From Eledone cirrhosa (taxonomy: Eukaryota), in NCBI GenBank assembly GCA_964016885.1, contig OZ024740.1, positions 207,328,001-207,392,000 on the forward strand: a DNA stretch of 64,000 nt, read 5' to 3'. Below the pieces are notes generated by a model that was not told the origin of the DNA, did not search any database, and worked only from the letters and a program-made list of their open reading frames with translations. Positions 14,996 to 27,689 of the stretch are shown piece after piece; positions within the stretch are counted from its first letter, which is position 1, and each line of letters starts with the position of its first letter. A program made the position numbers and the translations under genes.

Positions 14996-15592
14996 AAAAG
15001 GCAAACAAATAACAAATCAAACGACACAGTACAATGGAGAAAAATATTATGTTTACGAAAAGAGCCTTAACATTTCGGATGCTAGTCCTTCATTAGAAAA
15101 TAGAATGAGAAATTAAAGAAGGAATAGAAAGATAGAGGAGAGTGAGCAGTCACAGAAACGAAAAAAATTTCTCTGAGAAAAAGATCTATTAGATCGCTAT
15201 TTCTTAGAAAACTGTTGAATCCAGTGTTGGTATATAAGAAGTTCGGTTGGTCGTGTTTTAAAAGGCGGTGAGAGAGAGAGAGAGAGAAAGAGGGGTGGGT
15301 GTAAAAGGCAAACAAATAACAAAGCAAACGACACAGTACAATGGAGAAAAATATTACTTTTACGTTTGGTATAGTAGGAAAAGAGTCTTAACGTTTCGGA
15401 CGCTAGTCCTTCATCAGAAAATAGAATGATAGATTAAAGAAGAAATAGAAAGATAGAGGAGAGTGAGCAGAAGCAGAAACGAAAATAATTTTCTTCAGAA
15501 AAAAGGTCTATTTAGGGCGTCATCTCTTAGAAAACTGTTGAATCCAGTGTTGGTATATAAGAAGTACGGTTGGTCGTGTTTTAAAAGGAGGT
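14996..15592 (-). mobile_element. Tandem dimer of a ~310-320 bp HHR-bearing unit (family B)
   Basis: Direct repeat starting at 14996 and 15303; one minimal HHR per unit (15065-15100 mutated, 15386-15421 intact). Confidence 0.8.
15386..15421 (-). ncRNA. Minimal type I hammerhead ribozyme (family B)
   Basis: UUUU-CUGAUGA-A-GGAC-UAGC-GUCC-GAA-ACGU-U/AAGA; palindromic helix III. Confidence 0.8.
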
Positions 15593-15608
15593 GTCTGTGT
15601 GTGTGTGT

Positions 15609-15699
<91 letters not shown>

Positions 15700-15961
15700 G
15701 TTGGATAGAAAGAAGGAAACGTTCTATTTGCTATAGGCCAAAGCATTAAAAAAATTGTATTAGAACGAGTCGATGCAGGATTAGAATTTCAAGAAGCAAC
15801 TCCAGTATTGAGAAGAAATAAAGTGGAACTATTTGAAGTTCCGCTGCAGATATAAAACTAGGCCGAAATATCCAGAAGTTTCCCCCAACACCGTTCGATA
15901 AAAAAAAGGAAAAAATAATAATTTTCACCGTATATTTCATCTTAGTATGATTTAAGCAGTG

Positions 15962-16493
15962 AAGACACGGAACCTATTGGTTAGTGTGCTAGACTCACGA
16001 TTATAAGGTCGCAGGCGGTACGTTGTGTTCTTGAGCAAGATACTTTACTACACTGCATGGGTTATGATAGAGGAAAACAAGGGGAAAAACAACATTCTTT
16101 ATGAAAAGAGTTTTTACAAGAAATGTTCCTGTCATGTTTGTTCTGAGGCCATTGTAATAAATCTTCTCTTCACATTGGTCACCATAGTTTTGCACCTAGA
16201 AAGTTTCCCTCCGAGGCACAAGCCTGGACAAGGTTTGTTTGTGGAAGACCAACAGACGCCCATGCATACCAGCCTCCCCTCTTCACGCCACCGATGTTGT
16301 CTAAGGAAAAGGCAATGACCGATACACTTTGGCACTAGTGACGTGGCAACTCATTTCTACAGCAGAGTGAACTGAAGCAACGTGAAGTAAAGTGTTTGGC
16401 TCGGAATACTACGTGCTACATGGACCGGCAATAAAAACTTTGACCTCACGATTCCGAGTCCAACATCCTAACCACGAGGTCGCCCTCCTACAC
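15962..16493 (+). mobile_element. SINE family 2 (composite)
   Basis: gcaactcatttctacagc...gcaacgtgaagtaaagtgt; related segments at 21121-21240, 22537-22762, 30360-30704 and 48677-48830. Confidence 0.7.
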
Positions 16494-16624
16494 AATTGAT
16501 ATGTGATTAACAAGCTGCAAATTAAATTTTGAAGAATAACAAATAGACCTTAAAATTTAATGAACAACAACAACAACAATAATAATAATAATCTTACCAC
16601 ATTTGAAATTGCCAATTTGTCAAG

Positions 16625-16663
16625 ACTTACCTGTAAAAAGAAAAGAAAAAGAAAAATGTTAGC
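16625..16663 (-). promoter_or_regulatory. Candidate recursive splice site (branch point, polypyrimidine tract, CAG/GTAAGT)
   Basis: Minus strand: gCTAACatttttctttttcttttctttttaCAG/GTAAGT. Confidence 0.55.
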
Positions 16664-16904
16664 ATATTTAAATAAATATTGAAATCAAATTCATAATTTC
16701 GTTTTGTAACAATTGAAATTGATACTAGTTTAAAACTTGGGTTCATTTAATTGATTCTATCTTCCCTTCGACAAATGTGAGACCTTGTATTAATGCTAGA
16801 AATCAATACTTATATACCCAATATTTGGGTGGTGGATCGACAAAATCGGTAGAGCATCGGACTAAAACGTAAAGCGGTATTAATTTACGGTCCTTAGGCC
16901 CGAC

Positions 16905-17480
16905 ATAAAGTTATATTTACATGACAGTAGCTACATCATAAATTATCTCTACAATACGGTATCTACATCATAAAGTTATCTACATGACAGTAGCTACATC
17001 ACAAATGTATCTCTACAATACTAGCTACATCACAAAGGTATCTCTACAATACTAGCTATATCACAAAGGTATCTCTACAATACTAGCTACATCACAAAGG
17101 TATCTCTACAATACTAGCTACATCACAAAGATATCTCTACAATACTAGCTATATCACAAAGGTATCTCTACAATACTAGCTACATCACAAATATATCTCT
17201 ACAATACTAGCTATATCACAAAGGTATCTCTACAATACTAGCTACATCACAAAGGTATCTCTACAATACTAGCTACATCACAAAGATATCTCTACAATAC
17301 TAGCTATATCACAAAGATATCTCTACAATACTAGCTATATCACAAAGATATCTCTACAATACTAGCTACATCACAAAGGTATCTCTACAATACTAGCTAC
17401 ATCAGAAAGATATCTCTACAATACTAGCTATATCACAAAGATATCTCTACAATACAGTAACTACATCATAAAGTTATATT
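16905..17480. repeat. 31-bp minisatellite, ~18 copies
   Basis: Unit ctagctacatcacaaaggtatctctacaata (tctctac at 17041, 17072). Confidence 0.95.
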
Positions 17481-18023
17481 AACTGTATGTAACATATAGT
17501 TAATTATAATTAGCTATAACATGAAGTTAATTATAATTAGAAATAAATAGCAAGAGGAAATTGCATGGAATTAGCCTCTAAATCGTGCTGATTGGTTTGA
17601 ATGTCAAGTATATATATATATTGCTGAGCGTACTACTAAACTGAAGGTCAACGAAAAACACACATACATACATACAGAAACATACTCACACAAACACCCA
17701 ATGTCTTTCATTGAAAGGATATATACATAAATATATCTGTGTGTATCTTCAATCAAAGACATTCGTTATTTTAGAAAGACCAAGCATGAGAGTGAGAGAG
17801 GAGGAATTGTTACACGAGAAAGTATATTATATATATTATATATATATACATTATATTATATATATTATATATATTATATATATATACATTAATTTATATC
17901 CATTATGGTTCAATGGTGTGAGTCTTGTTACTGAGGAGTTTCACCTGCGCACTCACAGGATCATTACATAAATTTGGCAAATTTCTGTAGTTTCTGTTCA
18001 ACAAAATTATCTCAAGTTATATA

Positions 18024-18097
<74 letters not shown>

Positions 18098-18099
<2 letters not shown>

Positions 18100-18698
18100 C
18101 TATATAAATTGGAAGTGGCCGGACGTTGTATATTTAAGTAAGTAGGTGTAATCGGATAAACGTCGAAATGGCTTGGTGGAATGCAGCGAAAATTTACAGT
18201 TATGCAGAATGACCCGAGGAGGCGTTGGGTCGACTTTTAGGGTACAAGCTTCCATGGTTACGGAGAAAATCGATGAAACAGGAATTTCCCATTCAAATTG
18301 AACTGAGAGTAATCTGTGAACGCAGAAGTCAATATTTCGAGAAACGTTCCAACCGAACGAAAACAGGAAGACGATATTTTGGTTCGTAAAGACGTTCCCT
18401 GGCAATGAACGGGAAAAAAGCGAGGATAATACGTCGTTATGTGGAGCGTAAAGAACAATTTCATGCAAAGACAAGACCAAGTTTATGGTATAAATGGAGT
18501 CGTTAGACTAATATTCTATTTAACATAACAGAATGATTTCCAGCCCCGGAGTTTAAGAATGATGTAAATAAAATTGAAAACGAAAATGACAGAGGTTATT
18601 AAAATAGTAAAAGTAAATAGTGAAGATTTAGGCCAGTACATACGTATGCCCCGACGGACATACACATACATACGCACACACAAATACATACACACCCA

Positions 18699-18735
<37 letters not shown>

Positions 18736-19137
18736 GCGCGTATGTATAAACCTTATGCATTTCTACAGTATTTTCACCAAACTTAAGACATAGGTTACTT
18801 ATGTACTCCGGATGGTCATGGGCACTTTCATTTTTCCAGATATTGATTATAGGGCCTCCACTTTTTTGGAGTCGACTGAAGCACTGCAGTGCAATTGCAA
18901 CAAAACGTCATAACTTCTGGAGTTCGCAACCGATTTTCCCAAAACTTGACGCATGGGCTACGTTTGTCCTACAGATGATTGTGAACTCTCAGAATTGGCA
19001 CATATTGAGTAGGATTGGGCAGGAACCCCCTTTTGGAAAAAGCCGGTGATTTTGTAAAAGTATAGTTTTCGAAGCAGCACTGAAGTATTGACATAAATGC
19101 TATTTAATACCCGAGCAACGCCGGGTACCTCTGCTAG
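18098..19137 (+). mobile_element. Non-autonomous Helitron (3' end firm, 5' end uncertain)
   Basis: cccgagcaacgccggg hairpin then CTAG at 19134-19137; same 3' end as 5505-6022. Confidence 0.65.
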
Positions 19138-19159
19138 TATATATATATGTATATATGTA

Positions 19160-19330
19160 AACTGTAAACAGAAATAACAACACAATCGCTACAGTATATG
19201 AAAGGTATGTATTAGGTTAACGCTTGATATAGCAGGAAGGGGGTCTTAACGTTTCGGACGCTAGTCCTTCATCGGAAGAAAGAATGAGAAATAAAATAGA
19301 TTGAGGGCACAGACGTGATGGAATTGGAAT
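19160..19330 (-). mobile_element. HHR family B element (core CCGAUGA, mutated)
   Basis: Reverse-complement match to 22338-22503; HHR at 19244-19279. Confidence 0.8.
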
Positions 19331-20184
19331 ATATATGACAATTAAGTTTGTTTTGAAACAGCGAGCGCGGTTCAAAATAGAAATAGAAGCTTTCGTCGTA
19401 TTTTTTACTAAAGAAATTTTAGCCTGATAGTGGGGTTTAGAACCCGCTAAGAAATGGAAAAAGATGAGTATTGACGTACATGGCAGTCGAACACACATAG
19501 ACGACTATGCTACCATTACACCAACACACCACCCATCTCCTTCCATTCAAAGCAAGTATAATGACAAGTAAGTTTGTTTTGAAACACCGAGCGAGTTTGA
19601 AAATAGAAAAGATGTGGGTTCGACTCCCATGTATGTCAATACTCATCTCTTTCCATTTCTTAGAGGGTTCTAAACCCCACTATCAGGCTGAAATTTCTTT
19701 AGTAAAAAATACGACGAAAGCTTCTATTTTTATTATATACATACATACAAACACGTTTAAATTTGGTGGTTTACTACTGGATAGAATTGGTCATTTTGCA
19801 ATGTTAATCATGACGTAATATGAGAAAAGTACTCGACATTATGCAATCCATCTTTGATGTTGAATCATGTTGGTGGTGCGGGAACGGAGTCAAATGTATT
19901 ATAAAGTAAAATGACAGGAAGCATTAAAACAACATGCAACTTCGATCTCGTCTCTGGGTCAAAAACATAAATACACATTTATCGTCTCTGTTTTTTTTCT
20001 TTGCTTTTTTCCTTAAGGCCTCTTGGAATGTGTTTACCATCGTTCCGTTGGTATACATCTAATACGCAATTTACACCTGAAGATATCACCGGGTTCTTAC
20101 GCAACCTGACCACTGAAATGTGTTTGCAGAAATAAATAATTAAGGAAATTCAACATATTTGGTCTCCTGTCATTTTACTTTATC

Positions 20185-20236
<52 letters not shown>

Positions 20237-20269
20237 TTTTGAGTTTATGTTGGTTGTATACCAACACCT

Positions 20270-20763
20270 CAGTATGCAGGCTGGAGCACTCGACGAAGTG
20301 CGCAGGTTGGTTTGGTTACTCCGGAGTAGTGTAAAATAAAGTTAAATAAAAGTCAAATGATTAAAATTTAGCTTCGTTTATTACTGCTATATATATTTCA
20401 GTGACAGCCATCATTGGCTGTGACCTCTTCAGGCAGTTTGAATTAGTATGGTATAGACAAGTACATATGTTGTTTAGGTGTATGATATTGTCAATACTCT
20501 GATATGCCCAGTTCCTTGCTGGGTTGTTAATTCACTGGGGAACATGGATATGACTCCAGTTCCCCAGTGAATTAACAACCCAGCAAGGAACTGGGCATAT
20601 CAGAGTATTGACAATATCATACACCTAAACAACATATGTACTTGTCTATACCATACTAATTCAAACTGCCTGAAGAGGTCACAGCCAATGATGGCTGTCA
20701 CTGAAATATATATAGCAGTAATAAACGAAGCTAAATTTTAATCATTTGACTTTTATTTAACTT

Positions 20764-20770
<7 letters not shown>
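20270..20770. mobile_element. Palindromic PLE-type insertion, HHR family E
   Basis: 212-bp arms 20332-20543/20559-20770 with a 15-bp spacer; HHRs at 20383-20437 (-) and 20665-20719 (+); (TA)n nearby on both sides. Confidence 0.88.
20665..20719 (+). ncRNA. Type I hammerhead ribozyme (family E)
   Basis: ACUGC-CUGAAGA-GGUcACAGCCA-auga-UGGCUGUcACU-GAA-AUAUAUAU-A/GCAGU. Confidence 0.85.
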
Positions 20771-20814
<44 letters not shown>

Positions 20815-21470
20815 TGTGTGTGTAAACACATACACATGCATATATTGTGTATGTATCTTTTTACTTATATCACCCATCAAGCTGCGGCCATGCTGGAACA
20901 CTGGTTACAAAGGTTTTAGTCGATCATATCGACTCAAGTACTTACACAAAAAGACACAAATATACACAACAGATTGGAATACAAGAAAAACTGTATACAT
21001 ACATATATTTACTAATATGCACATGTATATAGTTAGGTCTATTCCAAGCTTTGAGGCTCATTACACCGGAGTTTATGCGATTTTGTTGGTTTTTAATGCA
21101 ACTGGTACTAATTTTCAGCTCTCAACTGCAGCAACGTAAAAAATGAAGTGCCTTGCTAAAGGACACGTCTCACCAAGTCAGAGAATCGAACCTATAACGT
21201 TATGATTTTGAGCCCAACACCATAACAACGAGGCACCTTCATAATATGTATAGTAAAGCTCTACACGTTGAGATGGGGGTGGAGGGGAAGTAGAATGAAA
21301 TGGAGTAGAAAAGATTAGGAAAGACAGCGAAATATAAGAAAAGGTTTTGTAATAGAGGTTGCTGTGTGTGGTTTAGGGAGACACCAGGTTAACTAAGAAA
21401 CAATGAAGTATTGGAACAGCAGTTTAGTTCTGTTCTGTAGGAATATAGAACAAAGAAACGGATACACACT

Positions 21471-21503
<33 letters not shown>

Positions 21504-21953
21504 GATAGATAGATAGATAAATAGATAGATAGATAAGTAAATAGGTAAACAGAGATAGAAGAAAGGGGTGCTGAGGAGAAGGAAAACAGGAAAAATAGAG
21601 TTGAAGTTAGAGTAAAGATAGAAGATGTGAGAATTGTAAAAAAAAAAGGTGGGGGGCAGGGCGAAGGAAGGGTAAAATAAAATAGTGTAGCAAAGAAAGA
21701 GACAAGGGTGGGAAGGGGTAAAAACATGAAGTGAAGGAGAGACGAAGAGTAAAAATGGGAATTAAAGAAGAAAAGAAATCTCTCCTTATCACCCCCCCCC
21801 CCCTCCAGTTGTATTAACTTTAAATATTGAGGTCTCTGTTGTTAGACATTGTTGAATGTAAAATATATTGAATACAGTATACTGAGTTGGGTACAACAGA
21901 GACAGAAAGAGGAAGAAATGTGTGTGTGTATATATATATATATAGATGAAAAT

Positions 21954-21992
<39 letters not shown>

Positions 21993-22032
21993 GATATTAA
22001 CAAATGGAAACTATATTTATAAAACCATATTT

Positions 22033-22095
22033 ATTTCATTATACATATTTCAAGGACACCAAGTTAAATTATGGTGTGCTTTCATCAGATAAAAT
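22033..22095 (-). ncRNA. Type I hammerhead ribozyme (family H)
   Basis: AUUUUAU-CUGAUGA-AAGcACACCA...UGGUGUcCUU-GAA-AUAUGUAU-A/AUGAAAU; related copy at 35717-35776. Confidence 0.82.
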
Positions 22096-22245
22096 ATAAT
22101 ATAGATCAGTTTTATAAATAAATATTGACATACCCTTAAATAATGCAACCATTACTGTTGGAAGCCTCCAAATATTTGTTGAGTGCTTTATATCAGTTAT
22201 AAAAATATTTGCTTGTTGTATCCCAACAATTTAAATAGAACTTTT

Positions 22246-22311
<66 letters not shown>

Positions 22312-22386
22312 GTTATTTTCATCTAAAGACATTTTTTTCCAATTCCATCCCGCCCGTCCCCTCAATCTATTTTATTTCTCATTCTT

Positions 22387-22422
22387 TCTTCTGATGAAGG
22401 ACTAACGTCCGAAACGTTAAGA
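22387..22422 (+). ncRNA. Minimal type I hammerhead ribozyme (family B)
   Basis: UCUU-CUGAUGA-A-GGAC-UAAC-GUCC-GAA-ACGU-U/AAGA. Confidence 0.82.
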
Positions 22423-22502
22423 CCCTCTTCCTGCTATATCAAGCGTTAACCTAATATATCCCTTCCATATACTGTACTGATTGTGTTGTTATTTCTGTTT
22501 AC

Positions 22503-22537
<35 letters not shown>

Positions 22538-22819
22538 TTCGACAATCGATCGACTTACGTCAAATCGGACCGAGGAATCAATGTTTCCGTTGGTCTTTCT
22601 AGTTGCTAATACGCTCTATCGGTCGCAACTCTAGCTAGAAGGAGCAACGTGAAATAAAGTGTCTTGCCCAAGGACACAATGTATCGCTCGGCCAGAGAAC
22701 CGAACCCACAACCTCACGATTGAGAATCTAATTATCTAACCACTCAGCCACGCGCCTTCACACACACGCATACATACATACATACATACATACATACATA
22801 CACACACACACATATATAT

Positions 22820-22983
22820 GGACACACTAGAAGAGGAAGACCAAGGTTAACGTATGTTGATGCCCTAAGGACAGACACTGGTCTGTTGGAGACGCAGGAC
22901 ATGGCAGCGATAATGAGGGACAGAGACCGCTGGAGAGAACTCGTCCATGGATCTCGGGAATTTTACCCGCCTTAAATAAATAA

Positions 22984-22990
<7 letters not shown>
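22820..22990 (+). mobile_element. 5'-truncated RTE/RTEX LINE 3' end
   Basis: Open frame GHTRRGRPRLTYVDALRTDTGLLETQDMAAIMRDRDRWRELVHGSREFYPP* followed by a (TAAA)n tail. Confidence 0.88.
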
Positions 22991-23040
<50 letters not shown>

Positions 23041-23304
23041 ATAAGAACCGTAGAGCAAATATTTATTAAAATATAAAAAAACAAAAACAAAAACGAAACG
23101 CGCGGGACGAATGGACAAAAGCCAGACCCTGAATAATGTAATTCAATGTATAAGAGTGGCATTGCATAATATTGAGTCTAAGAGGAGAAGGAGGAAGAAG
23201 AGCCTTGGTTGGTCTATTCTATACATGCAATATTGGTGGTTTAGTTTTTATATAGGCTAGAAATCTCCCGGACACCTCTCTGGGATCTCGGGAAAGAATC
23301 GCTG

Positions 23305-23460
23305 GGCCGATTTTACGGGCGAAAATCAACCGACAGGAGACCCAGAACAAAATGGTAAGATAACATTCATGAGCTCGGCTAATCTAGCTCGGAGACCCAA
23401 CCGGATTAGTTAGAGACATTTGCTTCTGACAGGACCCGCTGGAAAATTGCTTGAGGAAGA
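23305..23460 (+). mobile_element. Degenerate RTE LINE 3' fragment
   Basis: RPRTKW*DNIHEL...ETFASDRTRWK; homologous to 41570-41825. Confidence 0.7.
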
Positions 23461-24167
23461 AGATATCTCACAGAAATGAATCGTCGGTCAAGATCGACTT
23501 CGGGTGGATTTAAACTTATAACATTGAGACAACAATCTACAATAACCACACTGTAATGGAGGGGGTGTTGTTGGAAGACGTGACGTTTAAAATGGAACAA
23601 AATACGGAATGGCCACGGCTGAAACTACTTTAAAAAAAAATTATAAGTCTGTAGGATCAGAGTCGAACTGGGGATACACAACTAGCGAGGAGGAGAGACG
23701 GCAATGTGTTAAAAGTTAGGACACCCTCTCGCACTGGAGTCGATTTAATCGACATTCCCCTCCCCACAAATTGCTGGCCTTGTGTCAGAAACCAATGTCA
23801 AAAATAGAGCTTTGTAACTCGTATGGAATCCCTACTATCATATCACCAACAGAAGCCAAAACCAGAACCACAACTATTTCTACCATTAGCACGACCACCA
23901 CCACAACCAGAACCACAACTTCTTCCACCACACCCACTACCACCCCAACAACAGCAACAACCAGCCCAACATAAACACTAGTGCTTTACCACCACCACCA
24001 CCCCAACAACAACAACGCTATCAACACCATCAATAGAACCACTACCACTCCAACAACAACAACGCTATCAACAATCACACAGTATCCCAGTCCAAAAGTT
24101 AAAACAGGTCACACAAAATATTTAGGTCAAACCTGAAGAACTATCTTACAAGATATGGTGAAATTAC

Positions 24168-24323
<156 letters not shown>

Positions 24324-24880
24324 CAAGTGGAACTCCGTCGGTTATTATAGCTCAATTATTTGAACTTTTTATTGGTTATATTATTATGCGTTAATAACCA
24401 CCCGTGGGGTGGTTTTTCTGCTAGCATGTGTATAGCTCAATTATTTGAACTTTCTATTGGTTATATTATTATGCGTTAAAAACCACCCGTGGGTGGTTTT
24501 TCTGCTAGCATATGTAGTGTGTATATTGATATTATACACAAATATATATGCATGTAGATATGATACATCAAATAAAATCGTAATTGACAATATACACAGA
24601 AATTGAACGAAGTCTATGTTAGACTGTCTTATGTAATCCGTAAAGTAATCCATGATACATTTAAAAAGAGACGATATTATATATAAACTGCATTAGGAGA
24701 AAATTAGCGACGGAAATATATGCGATATTTTTATATGTGTTATATAACGGCTGCTAACCGGAAGTGTTGACATTTGAAAATTTTAAAGAAGTGAATTTTA
24801 AAGGTCTTTAAATAAGCTATAAAATATATTTAATCAACAGCCACGAAATTTAGCACATCAATTATGTAATATTCATTCAT

Positions 24881-25098
24881 TGTGGATTGGCAGTATCGGT
24901 AGAGGGCCGGACGCCATGCTTTGCAGCATAGAGTTACGGTCCTTTATGATCTGAGTTCAAATCCCGCCGAGGTTAACTTTGCCTTTCATCCTTACGGGGT
25001 CGATAAAATAAAATACCAGTCACGCACTGGGGTCGATTTAATCGACTTTCACCTCCCCCAAAATTGCTGGCCTTGTGTCTATATAAGAAACAATTATT
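24881..25098 (+). mobile_element. SINE family 1
   Basis: Near full-length copy. Confidence 0.9.
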
Positions 25099-25383
25099 TA
25101 TTCAAAGTAATCCAACTTATTTTACAAGCGGGGTAAAAAAATATATTCTGGACGCAATCCCGCAGTCCTTTTTTTATTATAGTTAAGATAAGATGGCTTA
25201 ATATTTTTCACAGACACCTGTATCTTTAATGTCAAGCCTAAGACAGCGGCTGCCACTGTATATGTAGTGTGTCTCTGTTCTAGGTAGCCCCACTGTATTT
25301 TATGTCTTCTACCATAGCTTCGGGTTGACCAATGTTTTTTGCGTAAACTTTGGTAGACATAAACTGTGCGGAAGCCAGTCATA

Positions 25384-25485
<102 letters not shown>

Positions 25486-25629
25486 TCATAACGAGCCAGA
25501 AAATTAGATTTCGTCTTGGATCGCCGTTTTCCACTGACTGCATGATTTTACAAATTTCGTATGTTGTAAATACGAATTTGTGTGTGTGTGTATATATATA
25601 TATATAAATATTATATATATATATATATA

Positions 25630-25822
25630 TAACGAAGGAGATGCGGTAAGGAACCAGATGGACCAGAACGCACCAGAGTACACAATACTTAGGGTAGTAG
25701 AGTGGGTATTAGGAAAAAGTATGACCCCGACGGCAGAGCTCAAGCCGTTTCAACGGGTATTTCTGGACAGAAATAGCCGTCGAAACGGCTTGAGCTCTGC
25801 CGTCGGGATCATACTTTTTCCT
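25630..25822 (-). mobile_element. PLE-type terminus with inverted repeat containing the 3' half of an HHR
   Basis: Arms 25711-25765/25768-25822; GAA-ACGGC-uugagcucu-GCCGU-C. Confidence 0.7.
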
Positions 25823-26217
25823 TTGTGTGCGTGCGTGTTTATGTCCCATATCCCATAAATTAGTGGTTCAACAAATAGAGGTCGATAAAATAAGTACCAG
25901 TGTTATTGGAGCCAATATGATCAACTAGATCCCTCGATCGCAGCATAATCACTGTCTAATGACTGAAGCCAGCAAAAGTGTGAGCGTGTGTTGTAAGAAG
26001 GTGTAGCCCGACGATATATCAGAAAGGTTACAATAATATGTGTGTGTGTATATATAAATAAATAAATATATATATATACACACACACACATATACACGAA
26101 TGTATATATATACACACACATATACACGTATGTATATATATGACGTTGTTGTTGTTGTTGTTACTGAGATGTATTAGCAGTTGTTCTTGTTGGCTGGAAG
26201 AATGTTGAACCTATCAT

Positions 26218-26279
<62 letters not shown>

Positions 26280-26285
26280 ATGTGT

Positions 26286-26385
<100 letters not shown>

Positions 26386-26388
26386 TGT

Positions 26389-26455
<67 letters not shown>

Positions 26456-26477
26456 TAAGAGAGAGAATGTGTGTGAG

Positions 26478-26516
<39 letters not shown>

Positions 26517-26762
26517 AGGAGAAGATGAAAATTTGTAGTTTAGTTATTTCCCAGGATACACCGCTTCTCTGATGTCTCATTGACCTTCTCCTACCACCTT
26601 TGTTGTTTACAACAATAACATGAAAACACAAAATCAAAAGTAGTTAACTGATGTGGTGCATGCTGGGAAATAACAACCTAGCACTTTAAAAGTGGTGGTC
26701 GTGGTGATAGTAGTTGGAATTACCAAGTTAAAAAACTATTTCATCAACCAAAGATCAGAAAT

Positions 26763-26950
26763 AATAATTGTTTCTACTTTTGGCACAAGGCCGGCAATTA
26801 CCCAGTACATTACTGGTACTTTATTTTATCGACCCCGTAAGGATGAAAGGCAAAGTTAACCTCGGCGGGATTTGAACTCAGAATGGCAAGGGCCGTAACT
26901 CTATGCGTCAAAGCATGGCGTCCGACCCTCTACCGATACTGCCAATCCAA
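26763..26950 (-). mobile_element. SINE family 1
   Basis: Reverse complement of 3269-3461. Confidence 0.9.
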
Positions 26951-27199
26951 ATGAACTGCAGACACACGAACAACCACACTTTTCTCAGCTTTGAACTTTT
27001 TCATTTTAAACATCGTCAGATGTTGGAATATAGAAACACATGAAACACTAGAATACACAAAGCTAATCACAGACACTGTACTATCTATATATACACTCAG
27101 TTACACTATAGTTCATGCACACGTGATAGCAAGCACACCCAACACAACTTATAGGTATTCATATGTTACTATTATTTTTATTATTTTCTTAATTCCATA

Positions 27200-27505
27200 T
27201 AGTTATGTCCCTTTACGTTCTGAGTTCAAATTCCGCCGAGGTTAGGTTAGCTTGGACTTTCATTCTTACGGGTTCTATAATAAAGTACCAGTAACGTACT
27301 GGAGGTCGATTTAATCCACCCACCCCCACCCACACCAAATTGTTCGCTTTGTGTTTAAATCAGAAACTATTATTATCTTGATTCTTTTATGGTAATCCCG
27401 CCGAAGTTAACTTTGCCTTTCATCCTTACGGGGTCGATAAAATAAAGTACCAGTAATGTACTGGGTAATTGCTGGCCTTGTGCCAAAAAGTAGAAACAAT
27501 TATTA
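27200..27505 (+). mobile_element. Two adjacent SINE family 1 copies
   Basis: Bodies at 27200-27375 and 27395-27505; ttattatcttgattcttttatggtaa follows each. Confidence 0.8.
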
Positions 27506-27689
27506 TCTTGATTCTTTTATGGTAAGACACGACACGTGCCTAGGACTACTAACATGGTTGTAAGTGGTGTTGTCGTGCAACTAACAACCTGATTGGAAAC
27601 ATAGTGGCGTTGTTGGGGGAGGGGGCGTCACCATCTCCACTTAGCCTGCGGTCAGTACTCTTGACACTGAAACTCAACAGGGTTTAGAA

